Counted from the stretch's first letter, positions 30,399 to 40,730 are shown. The stretch: 57,240 nt of DNA from Limisphaerales bacterium (GCA_051270205.1 JBNMMV010000001.1:1-57240); one strand, 5' to 3'. Translations and numbers: made by a program. Notes: a model not told the origin generated them from the sequence alone.

Positions 30399-30423
30399 CA
30401 TAAGGCCTCGCTCACCGTAAAAT
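30395..30423 (+). promoter_or_regulatory. Candidate sigma70 promoter for argC
   Basis: TTAACA-17 nt-TAAAAT followed by GC-rich TCCGCGCCC. Confidence 0.55.
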
Positions 30424-30452
30424 TCCGCGCCCTTTGCAATCTCGGATCAACA

Positions 30453-31388
30453 ATGGCAACGATATTTATCGACGGCCAAGCTGGCACAACAGGAATACAG
30501 ATCACTGAGCGACTTCAAGCTCGGGAAGATCTTGAGCTTGTCTATCTGGACGATAGCGAAAGGAAAGACCCAAATCGTCGCCAAGACTGTTTGCAAAGCG
30601 CAGACATTTCAATTCTGTGCCTACCTGATGACGCCGCACGGGAAGCTCTGCAGTTAGCTGCAGGACAAGGTCGCATCATTGATGCCAGCACCGCGCACCG
30701 AATTGATCCTAGCTGGGCTTACGGCCTGCCGGAACTCAATGCTCAAACGCGAGCCAACATTAAGACCGCTAGCCGCGTGAGCAATCCTGGTTGTTATCCT
30801 CAAGGCTTCATTCTGTCGATTCGACCATTAATCGACAATGGGCTACTCGAACCGGCAAGTTTATTGCGCTGCCACGCTGTGTCCGGCTATTCAGGCGGCG
30901 GCCGACAAATGATCGAGACTCAGCAAGAATTTTCTGATGCCCAGCAAGACAGCCTCAACAGCCAAGTATACGGGCTTGACCTACAACACAAACACGTCCC
31001 GGAAATGCAGGTCTTTTCGGGCCTGCAGCAAAAACCGATTTTTAGTCCTACTGTTGCTCACTACTATCAAGGCATGGTGGTGCAAATACCCTTATTCCTC
31101 GCCGAACTCAACGTCAACACTGCAACAGATGTTCATCAGTGCTTGTCCGACAGCTACGCCCAGGAAAAGTTTATAGATGTTTTACCGATGGGTTTCGAAA
31201 TGACAAACAACGGCTTTTTGAACGCTACCGCCTGCAATGACACCAACAAAGTTGAGCTTATGGTCTTTGCCAACGACGAACAGCTGCTCATCGTCAGTCG
31301 CTACGACAATTTAGGTAAGGGGGCAGCAGGGGCCGCCGTGCAAAATCTCAACCTCATGTTAGGTATCGACGAAGGGGTGTCATTGTGA
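30453..31388 (+). CDS. argC: N-acetyl-gamma-glutamyl-phosphate reductase (short type 2)
   Basis: IFIDGQAGTTG, DASTAHR, NPGCYP, SGYSGGG, DNLGKGAAGAAVQN. Confidence 0.95.
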   Translation: MATIFIDGQAGTTGIQITERLQAREDLELVYLDDSERKDPNRRQDCLQSADISILCLPDDAAREALQLAAGQGRIIDASTAHRIDPSWAYGLPELNAQTRANIKTASRVSNPGCYPQGFILSIRPLIDNGLLEPASLLRCHAVSGYSGGGRQMIETQQEFSDAQQDSLNSQVYGLDLQHKHVPEMQVFSGLQQKPIFSPTVAHYYQGMVVQIPLFLAELNVNTATDVHQCLSDSYAQEKFIDVLPMGFEMTNNGFLNATACNDTNKVELMVFANDEQLLIVSRYDNLGKGAAGAAVQNLNLMLGIDEGVSL

Positions 31389-32668
31389 CGTCATCAATGA
31401 ATCAACTGGACCACCAAGCGCTTTCTAGCCTTCGCCAAGAACTGCGTAAGGACTACGATTTGGTTGCGGGAAACAAAATCGCTTTGGATCTTAGCCGCGG
31501 AAAACCCGCTGCAGATCAACTGGCACTGAGTGAAGGCTTAGAAAATACCATCAAAGGCAACTACAGGGCTAAAGATGGTACCGACGTTCGCAACTACGGC
31601 GGGCTTCGCGGCTTACCTGAAGCTAGAGAGCTGGGTGCAGAACTTTTAGATGTCCCTGCTGAAACTGTTATCGCCGGCGGCAATTCAAGTTTGAATTTGA
31701 TGCATCTGGTGACCCACACCGCCATGCAGGTCGGCTTGTGGGGCGACGAGCGACGTTGGCAGAAAGACGCGTCGCCAGCGCTGATCGCACCAGTGCCGGG
31801 CTATGACCGCCACTACGTACTGTCCGACGCTCTAGGTCTTGATCTGCGCACGGTCAACATGACGGCTGACGGACCGAACCTTGAAGAGGTTCGCCGCGCC
31901 GTCGAAGATCCATCAGTAAAAGGCATATGGTGTGTTCCAAAGTATAGCAACCCTACCGGTTGCACTTACTCCGAGGAAACGGTTCAGGCACTTGCAGAAC
32001 TTCCGAAGCTCGCTGCTGCAGAAGATTTCGTTGTACTTTGGGACAATGCTTATGCTGTTCACGATCTCGAATTCCCAATGCGAACGTTGGCCTCCATTCA
32101 GGCGGCAGCGATCAGTCATGGCACTGAAGATCATATTGTGCAATTCGCATCCACCTCAAAAATTACCTTTGCGGGCGGTGGTGTGGCGTTTCTTGCTTCC
32201 AGCGAACGAGTCCTAGCAACGCTCGAAAGCCAGCTTGGCTTCATGACGATTGGTCCCGATAAAGTAAACCAATTGCGCCATGTACGTTTTTTGCAAGGCC
32301 GCATCGCAGAACACATGCAAGCGCACGCCGCACTTTTGAAACCCAAGTTCGATCTCGTGCTCGCCACGCTGGAAGATGAGCTCGGCGAATTAGATATTGC
32401 CCACTGGACCCAACCTACCGGTGGATATTTTGTATCGCTAGATTTAAGGCCCGGCTTGGCTCGAGAAGTGATAAACTTAGCGCAACAAGTAGGGCTCACA
32501 CTGACCCCCGCTGGGGCAACATTCCCACACAACGATGATCCAGAAGACAAAAATGTGCGTATCGCCCCTACGTTCGCAGAGCTTTCTGACCTAAACGCGG
32601 CAATGCAAATCCTCACACTTTGTGTGAAGTTAGCCACCGTAGAACAAACACTCGAACAAACCCCATAA
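31385..32668 (+). CDS. PLP-dependent aminotransferase, actinobacterial AspAT-like subfamily
   Basis: LDLSRGKP, RNYGG, PVPGYDRH, PKYSNPTG, DNAY, STSKITF (PLP Lys), RIAPT. Confidence 0.88.
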   Translation: MTSSMNQLDHQALSSLRQELRKDYDLVAGNKIALDLSRGKPAADQLALSEGLENTIKGNYRAKDGTDVRNYGGLRGLPEARELGAELLDVPAETVIAGGNSSLNLMHLVTHTAMQVGLWGDERRWQKDASPALIAPVPGYDRHYVLSDALGLDLRTVNMTADGPNLEEVRRAVEDPSVKGIWCVPKYSNPTGCTYSEETVQALAELPKLAAAEDFVVLWDNAYAVHDLEFPMRTLASIQAAAISHGTEDHIVQFASTSKITFAGGGVAFLASSERVLATLESQLGFMTIGPDKVNQLRHVRFLQGRIAEHMQAHAALLKPKFDLVLATLEDELGELDIAHWTQPTGGYFVSLDLRPGLAREVINLAQQVGLTLTPAGATFPHNDDPEDKNVRIAPTFAELSDLNAAMQILTLCVKLATVEQTLEQTP

Positions 32669-32676
32669 GGCAATTC

Positions 32677-33864
32677 ATGCAAGATTGGCAGATTGAGAAC
32701 TTTGACGTACCAGAAGTAGCCGACAAGGGACGTTTCCATGATTTCGCCCTACCCGACCCGTTAATGCATGCAATTGCAGACTTAGGCTTTGAGTATTGCA
32801 CGCCTATACAAAACACTTCTCTGCCCTTCGGTTTGGCAGATTACGATATCACCGGACAAGCTCAAACAGGCACGGGGAAGACTGCGGCATTTCTCATCAC
32901 TGCGCTTACCCGTTTTTGGGAAAACCCAATAGAAAACCAAGCGCTGGGGTCACCGCGGGCACTTGTGCTGGCTCCGACCAGGGAACTGGCATTGCAAATT
33001 GAAGGTGATGCTAAGGGTCTCGCCAAGTATATGGACGAGCGTACCGTGTGCGTTGTGGGTGGCATGGATATCCAAACCCAGCTCGCCAAGTTAGAGAAAA
33101 AGCCGGTAGACATTCTCGTCGCCACACCCGGTAGACTAATCGACTTTGTGGAAAGACGTGCGGTCAACTTGAAAAGTGTGGAATGCCTTGTCATTGACGA
33201 AGCCGACCGCATGCTCGACATGGGATTCATTCCGGACGTACGGCGTATCGTCTATCAGACACCGCACAAAAAAAATCGTCAGACATTGTTCTTTTCCGCG
33301 ACATTTAACGATGACGTGATGCGCCTAGCGAACTCATGGACTATTAATCCTGAACACATCGTCATTGAGCCCGAGCATGTTGCTACCGACACTGTCGAGC
33401 AAAAATTCTGGATGGTCGGTGCTCACGAAAAGGAAGCTTGTTTGGCCAAAATTATTAGCCAAGCAGATCGCGCCATCGTCTTTACCAACCGTCGCGACCA
33501 AACACACCGAGTGGTGAAATATCTTCAGAAGAAAAACATCGACTGCGAAGCGCTGGCTGGAGACATTCCTCAACGCAAGCGACTGGCGACACTCAACCGA
33601 TTTAAAGACGGTGAAACACCGTATCTAATCGCCACTGATGTAGCAGGAAGAGGCATACACGTGGAAGGCGTTACCCACGTCATTAACTTCGAACTTCCTG
33701 AAGATCCGGAGGACTATGTACATCGCATTGGCCGTACCGGTCGCGCTGGTGCAACGGGCATCGCTATTAGCTTCGTGTCAGAGGACGACGCATTTAACTT
33801 AGCCCCCATTGAGGAATACTTGGGTGTAAAGGTAGAATGCACCCTACCTGAGTTTGACATCTAG
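32677..33864 (+). CDS. rhlB: DEAD-box RNA helicase RhlB-like
   Basis: RFHDF, CTPIQ, AQTGTGKT, PTRELA, DEAD, SAT, TDVAGRGIH, HRIGRTGRAG; start ATG 32677. Confidence 0.82.
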   Translation: MQDWQIENFDVPEVADKGRFHDFALPDPLMHAIADLGFEYCTPIQNTSLPFGLADYDITGQAQTGTGKTAAFLITALTRFWENPIENQALGSPRALVLAPTRELALQIEGDAKGLAKYMDERTVCVVGGMDIQTQLAKLEKKPVDILVATPGRLIDFVERRAVNLKSVECLVIDEADRMLDMGFIPDVRRIVYQTPHKKNRQTLFFSATFNDDVMRLANSWTINPEHIVIEPEHVATDTVEQKFWMVGAHEKEACLAKIISQADRAIVFTNRRDQTHRVVKYLQKKNIDCEALAGDIPQRKRLATLNRFKDGETPYLIATDVAGRGIHVEGVTHVINFELPEDPEDYVHRIGRTGRAGATGIAISFVSEDDAFNLAPIEEYLGVKVECTLPEFDI

Positions 33865-33911
33865 TCTAAGCAACCCACCTTGAGGGCGCGCTAGACTTTT
33901 GTAAGGCATGA

Positions 33912-34076
33912 TTTTTGGCCTCGAAAAATTTTATCCACTGCTTGCTCATGGTGACAGGCAACGCAGATTTCGATAATGCCACAGTCAGCCGTTTGGGCAT
34001 TCGCGCGGTCTTCCAAAAACCGCTGAACTCGGAGCAATTACTCGCTAAGATCAAGGCTTTGACTTTTTCGGTTTAA
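33912..34076 (+). pseudogene. C-terminal half of a response-regulator receiver domain
   Basis: Manual translation LLMVTGNADFDNATVSRLGIRAVFQKPLNSEQLLAKIKALTFSV*; in-frame TGA at 33909 removes the N-terminal half. Confidence 0.65.
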
Positions 34077-34079
34077 GCC

Positions 34080-34895
34080 ATGACGAAAGTCGCTGTAATC
34101 CAACACTGTGCCACTACGGATGTTGAGACAAACATGCAGAGTATTGCATCACTGACACATGCAGCCTGCGATGCAGGGGCTGAGATTGTCTGTTGGGCTG
34201 AAGCTTTTGCCTATCTTGGATCCCATGCAGGAAAGCAGGAAATTCTGGAGCTGCTACCCGACGGCGGGGCAATTTTGGATCGTTGTCGCGCTCTGGCACG
34301 GCAGCGCAACGTCGAACTCTTGCTGGGCGGCTTTCATGAGCGCATGGCTGATGACAGCGGTCGCTGTTACAACACCAGCGTCTACCTATCTGCCTCGGGC
34401 GAGGTGCTAGCAACCTATCGTAAAATTCACCTTTTCGATGTCGCCATACCTGATGGGCCGCAGCTGATGGAGTCCAAGCAAACCGCTGGAGGCAGCGAAG
34501 TAGTGCTAACAGACACTCGTCTTGGCACGCTCGGTTTGACCATCTGCTACGACGTACGTTTTCCTATGCTTTATCAGACTTTGATCGATAGAGGGGCAAT
34601 GGCAATTTCAGTACCCTCTGCTTTTACCGCAACCACCGGCGAGGTCCATTGGCATGTTTTGTTGCGAGCTCGAGCGATCGAAAATCAGTGTTACATCATT
34701 GCGCCGGCACAACATGGTCAACACAGTAAAAATCGAGCTTCATACGGCCACTCCCTAATCGTCGACCCATGGGGCACCATAGTGGCTGAGGTGGAAAGTG
34801 GTGACGGTTTCGCCATTGCCGACATAGACGTCGGCGAAGTTGAACGTGTCCGCAAAGCGCTGCCAAGCCTCGCTAATCGACGTGCATTTCAGTAG
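34080..34895 (+). CDS. Carbon-nitrogen hydrolase, Nit1-like amidase
   Basis: Catalytic Glu (WAE), YRKIHLFD, ICYDVRFP, LLRARAIENQCY, GHSLIVDPWG. Confidence 0.93.
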   Translation: MTKVAVIQHCATTDVETNMQSIASLTHAACDAGAEIVCWAEAFAYLGSHAGKQEILELLPDGGAILDRCRALARQRNVELLLGGFHERMADDSGRCYNTSVYLSASGEVLATYRKIHLFDVAIPDGPQLMESKQTAGGSEVVLTDTRLGTLGLTICYDVRFPMLYQTLIDRGAMAISVPSAFTATTGEVHWHVLLRARAIENQCYIIAPAQHGQHSKNRASYGHSLIVDPWGTIVAEVESGDGFAIADIDVGEVERVRKALPSLANRRAFQ

Positions 34896-34904
34896 GCTCG
34901 CGCG

Positions 34905-35984
34905 ATGACCAATGACACCTTGCATTTCAAAGGCAACAGCGTACTGATTTTGGCCGCTCTGATTATCATTGCTGCGGGTTTGAAATCCTCACAAGAGCTA
35001 ATGGTACCTTTCCTGCTCTCGGTATTTATCGCAACCATTGCCGCAACACCAATGTTCTGGCTGCAACGCAAAGGCGTACCCGAAGCATTTACATTGCCCG
35101 TGGTCATCGTGCTCATGGTCCTGGGTATCGGTTTGCTGGGCGCCTTGGTGGCGCAATCTGCCTCCGCATTTTCCGCGAAACTTCCTTTCTATCAAGAGCG
35201 GTTGCTCGAACTACAGCAAAACGCTGGCACCATATTGAGTCCTTTGTTGATGAGCATCGGAGTCGAATCATTCGACGTAAACCAACTTTTCAAAAACTTT
35301 TCGCCCAACTCAGCTTTGGAATTGGCCGGCAGCACCATCGCCCGTTTGGGTGGCGTATTGAGCAACAGCTTTCTAATTATTTTGACGGTTATTTTTATAT
35401 TGGCTGAAGCCGCAAGCTTCCCGAATAAGCTGAATCACGTTTTAAAAAATCCTCAACAAAATCTACCGCATTTCACACGCTTCGCTGCCAACGTCAATCG
35501 CTACATCGCAATTAAGACCAGTGTCAGCTTAGTCACTGGTCTTGTTGTGACCCTATTCCTTTGGGCGCTTGGCATCGACTTCCCGCTTCTGTGGGGGCTT
35601 CTGGCATTTTTGTTGAACTATGTCCCGACCATCGGATCAATCATTGCAGCCGTGCCACCCGTAATACTTGCACTGATTCAAATCGGCCCAGGTGCAGCAG
35701 GTGGTGTCGCGGTAGGTTTTGTCGTAGTGAATGTTGTTATGGGCAACGCAGTCGAACCTCGCTTCATGGGTCGAGAGCTGGGCTTATCTACTTTAGTGGT
35801 GTTTTTATCCCTGGTCGTTTGGGGTTGGGTACTCGGTCCCGTCGGTATGCTGCTGAGCGTGCCTTTGACCATAACCGCTAAAATCGCTCTAGAAGCCAAT
35901 CCGCAGACCCACTGGATAGCTATCCTGCTTGGACCAGCGGGAGCCACAGACAACGTGGTGCCGGACAGCCCCAACAATGACTAA
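34905..35984 (+). CDS. AI-2E family transporter
   Basis: Multi-TM, LLNYVPTIGS, EPRFMG..LGLS, WGWVLGPVGMLLSVPLT. Confidence 0.92.
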   Translation: MTNDTLHFKGNSVLILAALIIIAAGLKSSQELMVPFLLSVFIATIAATPMFWLQRKGVPEAFTLPVVIVLMVLGIGLLGALVAQSASAFSAKLPFYQERLLELQQNAGTILSPLLMSIGVESFDVNQLFKNFSPNSALELAGSTIARLGGVLSNSFLIILTVIFILAEAASFPNKLNHVLKNPQQNLPHFTRFAANVNRYIAIKTSVSLVTGLVVTLFLWALGIDFPLLWGLLAFLLNYVPTIGSIIAAVPPVILALIQIGPGAAGGVAVGFVVVNVVMGNAVEPRFMGRELGLSTLVVFLSLVVWGWVLGPVGMLLSVPLTITAKIALEANPQTHWIAILLGPAGATDNVVPDSPNND

Positions 35985-37059
35985 ATATGAGCGCGACAAT
36001 ATCCAAGCAATGCAGGGCTATATTTGGGGTGAACAACCTGATGATGGGCAAACCATTAAGCTCAATACCAACGAAAACCCGTATCCGCCGTCTCCAAAAG
36101 TAGACGAAGTACTAAGCCAAGCCACCGGTGCGTCGCTCAGACAATACCCCAATCCACTCGCCGATCCGCTACGAGATTCAATTGCTCTACAGCACCAATT
36201 AACCCGCGACCATATTGTTATGACCCACGGCGGAGACGAAGCACTGCGACTTGCGATCACCACCTTCGTTGAACCCAAGGGTGTATTTGGCATGGCTGAA
36301 CCTAGCTATTCGCTATACCCAGTTTTGGCAGCGGTCCAAGATGCTACTGTCGCTAAAGTGCAACTTGAACAAGATTGGGAACTACCGTTAGACACCGTGG
36401 CGCAACTCAACCAACAAGGGGCAGCGCTTACCTGCTTGGTGAACCCCCATGCACCTAGCGGCACCTTGATGCAAATGTCTGCTCTGACTGCATTCGCTGA
36501 CGAACTGGACGGTGTGCTCCTCATTGACGAGGCCTACGTCGATTTTGTAGACCCTCAAAGTGCTTACGACAGTACGTCGTTGGTCAAACAATTTCCTAAT
36601 GTGCTCATTTTGCGAACATTTTCAAAAGGCTATGGCCTCGCTGGATTGCGGCTCGGCTACCTAATGGGCGATCCGTCGCTGATTCAACCGATCATTGGCA
36701 AAACCCGTGACAGTTACAATATTGATCATATCAGCCAACAAATTGGCAACGCTGCATTCGGCGACCAAGAATACGCGAGTGAGACGTGGCGCCGCGTGCG
36801 CGACGAACGTGTTCGAGTGGAAAGAGCCTTAAGCCAACTCGGGTTTGTTTGCCCTCCAAGCCAGGCTAATTTTCTACTCGCCTCGGTCGCTCCCACTTCA
36901 AGCCACTCAGCGAAAGGCATTTATTTGGCATTGAAAGAACGCGGCATATTGGTGCGATACTTCGAAACGGATCGTCTGGCAGACAAGTTGCGAATCAGTG
37001 TGGGCACACCAGAAGAGAACAATATGTTGATAGAACACATGACCGAGTTACTGGTCTAG
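35977..37059 (+). CDS. hisC: Histidinol-phosphate aminotransferase
   Basis: KLNTNENPYPPS, DEAYVDF, RTFSKGYGLAGLRLGY, RISVGT; ATG 35977. Confidence 0.92.
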   Translation: MTKYERDNIQAMQGYIWGEQPDDGQTIKLNTNENPYPPSPKVDEVLSQATGASLRQYPNPLADPLRDSIALQHQLTRDHIVMTHGGDEALRLAITTFVEPKGVFGMAEPSYSLYPVLAAVQDATVAKVQLEQDWELPLDTVAQLNQQGAALTCLVNPHAPSGTLMQMSALTAFADELDGVLLIDEAYVDFVDPQSAYDSTSLVKQFPNVLILRTFSKGYGLAGLRLGYLMGDPSLIQPIIGKTRDSYNIDHISQQIGNAAFGDQEYASETWRRVRDERVRVERALSQLGFVCPPSQANFLLASVAPTSSHSAKGIYLALKERGILVRYFETDRLADKLRISVGTPEENNMLIEHMTELLV

Positions 37060-37104
37060 CTTTCTGCACAGCAAACCCTCCCGGGAGGACTTTTTTCCGC
37101 CACT

Positions 37105-37146
37105 TCGACCCTAAACAGTCGACTCTAAACAGTCGACTCTAAACAT
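37105..37146. repeat. 3 x 14 bp tandem repeat abutting the rhomboid start codon
   Basis: tcgaccctaaacag tcgactctaaacag tcgactctaaacat, then ATG 37147. Confidence 0.9.
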
Positions 37147-37905
37147 ATGATTCCATTTAGAGATGAAAACCCAACCGTAAACACCCCCATCGCTACCTAC
37201 GTACTGATCGGCATCAATGTGTTTGTATGGCTAGCCGTCCAGGGCTTCGGTAGCGACCCGACTTTAGTACAGAGCTTTTGCAGCTATGCCTTAATGCCAG
37301 GCGACTTGCTGGGCTTAGGCAGCTACTCCCACGTGCAACTGTCAGCTGACCTTTCCTGCGAGCTCAACGGCCGGCCGGGATTAACCACTGTATTCACTTC
37401 AATGTTTATGCACGGCGGGTGGCTGCACATAATCGGCAACATGTTGTTCCTCTGGGTGTTCGGCGACAATGTCGAGGACGTTATGGGGCCGATCCGGTTC
37501 ATTCTATTTTATCTTTTATGCGGACTCGCGGCAGCCATCGCGCAAATTGCCACCGACCCCTCGAGCCTAGTGCCAATGATTGGCGCCTCTGGCGCAATCG
37601 GTGGTGTTATGGGGGCTTACGCCATTTTGTATCCACGTGCCCGAGTGCACCTCCTAATCATCCTTATCTTTTATGTCACAACGATATCCGTGCCGGCAGT
37701 GCTGATGCTGGCCTATTGGTTTCTACTGCAAGTACTTTCCGGGATCGGGAGTTTTGGCAGTGGCAACGGCGGTGTGGCTATTTGGGCCCACATTGGTGGG
37801 TTCGCAGCCGGCGTCGGCTTGGTTTTTATATTCCGTGCGCCACGACTTATGCAAGCTCGTGCGCGTTTAACTCAACGTTACAGCGCGCGGCATCGATGGC
37901 TCTGA
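37147..37905 (+). CDS. Rhomboid intramembrane serine protease
   Basis: MIPFRDENP, FMHGGWLHIIGNM, GASG catalytic Ser, AHIGG catalytic His. Confidence 0.95.
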   Translation: MIPFRDENPTVNTPIATYVLIGINVFVWLAVQGFGSDPTLVQSFCSYALMPGDLLGLGSYSHVQLSADLSCELNGRPGLTTVFTSMFMHGGWLHIIGNMLFLWVFGDNVEDVMGPIRFILFYLLCGLAAAIAQIATDPSSLVPMIGASGAIGGVMGAYAILYPRARVHLLIILIFYVTTISVPAVLMLAYWFLLQVLSGIGSFGSGNGGVAIWAHIGGFAAGVGLVFIFRAPRLMQARARLTQRYSARHRWL

Positions 37906-37989
37906 CCACATCTTTCTGACGGGCCGACTGGCGAATTCATGGCTTCCCAGTTAATCTACTAAGCGATTTACTTTACTTAGGGGACATAA

Positions 37990-38892
37990 GTGACACAACT
38001 ACCCGCCATGAGCCTTGCTGCTATTCCTGGCCGCCGCCAACAAACCATTGAAGTTGCAAAAGAAGCCGAGCGTCGCGGTTTCCCAGGTATCTTCGGTCCG
38101 AGTCTCGGCGACAGCTTGTCGCTCTGCACCGCCATCGCAATGGTCACCGAACGCATACAGATTGGCACCTCGATCACACCCATTTATACCCGCAATGTTA
38201 ACGAATTCGCAGGCACCGCCGCGTTTCTACACGAAATATCCGATGGTCGTTTTCGCTTTGGCGTAGGCGTGAGTCACGCACCCGCGATGGATCGACTAGG
38301 CATCAAAGCTGGTAAGCCCTTGGCAGATATGCGCCAATTTGTTGCAGATCTACACGCAGCACCCAGGGTCGGTGATATGCCACCCATCGTTTTAGCAACG
38401 TTGCGCGACAAGATGATTCAGCTTTCCGAGGAAATCGGTCAAGGCATGGTGTTCGCAAACGGCGCTCGCTCTTACATGAGCCACTCCCTTTCCAATATCT
38501 CCGATGAAGCTCGAGCTGGAGATTTTTTCATCGGTAATATGATACCCACCTGCATAAGCGACGATCGCGAAGCAGCCATGGCTGTGAACCGCAAAACTCT
38601 GACCAGCTATGCATTTTTGCCGAACTACCGAAACTACTGGAAACAAGCAGGCTACGAACAGGAAATGACCGACGTTGAGTCGGCCATTGCAGATCAAGAC
38701 TTCGATCGTGTACCGGAATGTTTATCCGATCGATGGTTGGCAGACACCACGTTATTCGGTTCTGCCAGCGAGATCCGCGAAGGGATTGAAGCATGGTTCG
38801 ATGCCGGCATTAAAACACCCATCGTGGTGCCATCTGCGGTGAAAGGCGGACAGATGCAGGCTATCCAGAACTTTTTCGAGCTTTGGGACTAA
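37990..38892 (+). CDS. LLM-class flavin-dependent oxidoreductase
   Basis: AERRGF, TERIQIGTSI, SDGRFRFGVGVSH luciferase-like pattern. Confidence 0.88.
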   Translation: MTQLPAMSLAAIPGRRQQTIEVAKEAERRGFPGIFGPSLGDSLSLCTAIAMVTERIQIGTSITPIYTRNVNEFAGTAAFLHEISDGRFRFGVGVSHAPAMDRLGIKAGKPLADMRQFVADLHAAPRVGDMPPIVLATLRDKMIQLSEEIGQGMVFANGARSYMSHSLSNISDEARAGDFFIGNMIPTCISDDREAAMAVNRKTLTSYAFLPNYRNYWKQAGYEQEMTDVESAIADQDFDRVPECLSDRWLADTTLFGSASEIREGIEAWFDAGIKTPIVVPSAVKGGQMQAIQNFFELWD

Positions 38893-38942
38893 CTATCTTA
38901 AGCGCTAAAAACCTTTAGATAACTAAAAAATGGGGCCGAACC

Positions 38943-39440
38943 TTGCGATACATTTGGCTAATTCGTCACGGTAAGTCGAGCGATGGGGCGCCCGGCAAAA
39001 CCGATCATGAGCGCACCTTAAACTCGCGTGGAGAGGCCGACGGCCAATTGATGCGAGACTGGTACGCGGCGCACCCAAACCCTGCGGAATGGATTTGGGC
39101 ATCTAGTGCAATACGGGCGCAATTGACCACAGAATATGTCGCCCAAGGCTTTACCGCGCCCCACACTACAGCACCGGAACTCTATCTTTCCTCACCAGAG
39201 ACCATTCTGGATGTTCTTCGCGCGACTCCCAATGGTATTCAAAGTGTTGCCGTTGTCGCGCACAATCCCGGTCTCACTTATTTAGCAAACCTGCTCAGCT
39301 CAGAATCTGTGACGGACAATTTGGCTACCTTTGGAAGTGCTTTGTTCGCAACCGAGGTAGATTGGTCAACCCTTGCCTTCCACCACAACCACTTCATGAG
39401 CATTCAAACGCCCAAGAGCGTCAAAGCGGCTTCACAATAG
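38943..39440 (+). CDS. SixA-like histidine phosphatase
   Basis: LIRHGKS, DHERTL..RG, SSA.RA..T, AHNPG. Confidence 0.88.
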   Translation: MRYIWLIRHGKSSDGAPGKTDHERTLNSRGEADGQLMRDWYAAHPNPAEWIWASSAIRAQLTTEYVAQGFTAPHTTAPELYLSSPETILDVLRATPNGIQSVAVVAHNPGLTYLANLLSSESVTDNLATFGSALFATEVDWSTLAFHHNHFMSIQTPKSVKAASQ

Positions 39441-39452
39441 AGCGGCCGCCGC

Positions 39453-39908
39453 TCATTCTAGTTCGACTACATCACCTTTAAGCGTTACGCCAACCATAAT
39501 GTTGCCAGCCCCACATTCATACTCCGTTTCGCTGGAAACCCGGTCACGCTTATAAAAACTGACTATGTTCACCACGGCATCACCGCCCTCTCTTCGAGCA
39601 CGATCCTTTAAGCTCAACAGCGCAGAACTAAAAGCTCTGTTGCACGCAGTAGCATCACTGCGACCAACGCCGTTCGACTTTCGATTGGACTGCCAGTTAC
39701 CTATGACCCGAGCGACCGATGGGTGATTGTCATCACCGAAAAAAAACTGAATGTCGCCATCTGCTATATTTTGTCCATCTGCAGAGCTCAAGGCTGCATC
39801 TAGCGGGAACATCTTTTTCTCGTCTCTTGCTTGGGCTTCAGGGCTTATGGACACAAGAAACGTTGCAAGGCACAGCGCGCTGCATAGCGCTATTAGAAGT
39901 TTGGGCAT
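39453..39908 (-). CDS. Exported small protein, YbjQ/RcsF-like fold
   Basis: Signal peptide from ATG 39908, AC.RAF.SAL..L...A...GGDAVVNIVS, YEC.AG, V.LKG. Confidence 0.7.
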   Translation of the reverse strand: MPKLLIALCSALCLATFLVSISPEAQARDEKKMFPLDAALSSADGQNIADGDIQFFFGDDNHPSVARVIGNWQSNRKSNGVGRSDATACNRAFSSALLSLKDRARREGGDAVVNIVSFYKRDRVSSETEYECGAGNIMVGVTLKGDVVELE

Positions 39909-40073
39909 GAATCTTTCCTCTAGTGAAGTTTTAGTGGACAGTATCTTGCATCTAGCCGACACACAACCTGCAGTTGGCTGACGGCTACGGCAGCAGTGTT
40001 TGCCGACAAGTTTATAGTCTATGTTTGGGTTTGATAGCTGCTACCCTCTAACTTTCTTAACACCGGAACCGTC

Positions 40074-40730
40074 ATGGATCTCGCCAAACCCGCCCTCGAT
40101 GTTGGTCTGTACACAAACCAATTGGAACAAATGTTAGCCTTCTGGAAACCCTATGCAGCCTACGATGAACTTCTAAAATTAGGCGGTGGCGCGCACCAAC
40201 ACAGGCACAAGATCGGCGATAGCATTTTGAAGATTAACCACGCTCGCATACCTACCCCACAAGGTATGCCAACAGGTCTGAGCGCCCTGAGTGTCTATAC
40301 CGATTCTGTTGCCCCAGGCCTTTACCTCGATCCAGACGGCAATCAACTTAAAGTGCATTCGAGCGAAGGCGACCGAAACCTCAGTTTGGACATCACCTGT
40401 TCAGATGTTGGCAGGTCAGCAGAATTCTATGGACAATCCATGGGGCTACCTGGGGCGACTGATCATCATTTCAATGTCGGCGCGTCCAGCATCATTCTTA
40501 GTGAGGGCGCAGTGGGTGACTTTGAACGTGCCGGGATTGGCTTTCGTTACATGACGGTACAAGTTTTTGATGTCGTCGCCACACACGCTGAAATTCTGGC
40601 TAAAGGAGGGCGCGAAGGTATGGCGCCCACTAAGCTAGGCGACGTGGCCTTCATTTCATTCGTACTCGACCCTGACGGCAATTGGATAGAAATTAGTCAG
40701 CGCAAATCTATTACCGGGTCGCTAGACTAG
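40074..40730 (+). CDS. VOC/glyoxalase family protein
   Basis: Two DPDGN motifs, SAEFY, WIEISQ. Confidence 0.88.
   Translation: MDLAKPALDVGLYTNQLEQMLAFWKPYAAYDELLKLGGGAHQHRHKIGDSILKINHARIPTPQGMPTGLSALSVYTDSVAPGLYLDPDGNQLKVHSSEGDRNLSLDITCSDVGRSAEFYGQSMGLPGATDHHFNVGASSIILSEGAVGDFERAGIGFRYMTVQVFDVVATHAEILAKGGREGMAPTKLGDVAFISFVLDPDGNWIEISQRKSITGSLD

Noticed and set aside
39453-39908. DNA-repair role for this family, which I recall being labelled excinuclease ATPase subunit
   Set aside because: It has a signal peptide and no Walker motifs, so it is not UvrA-like
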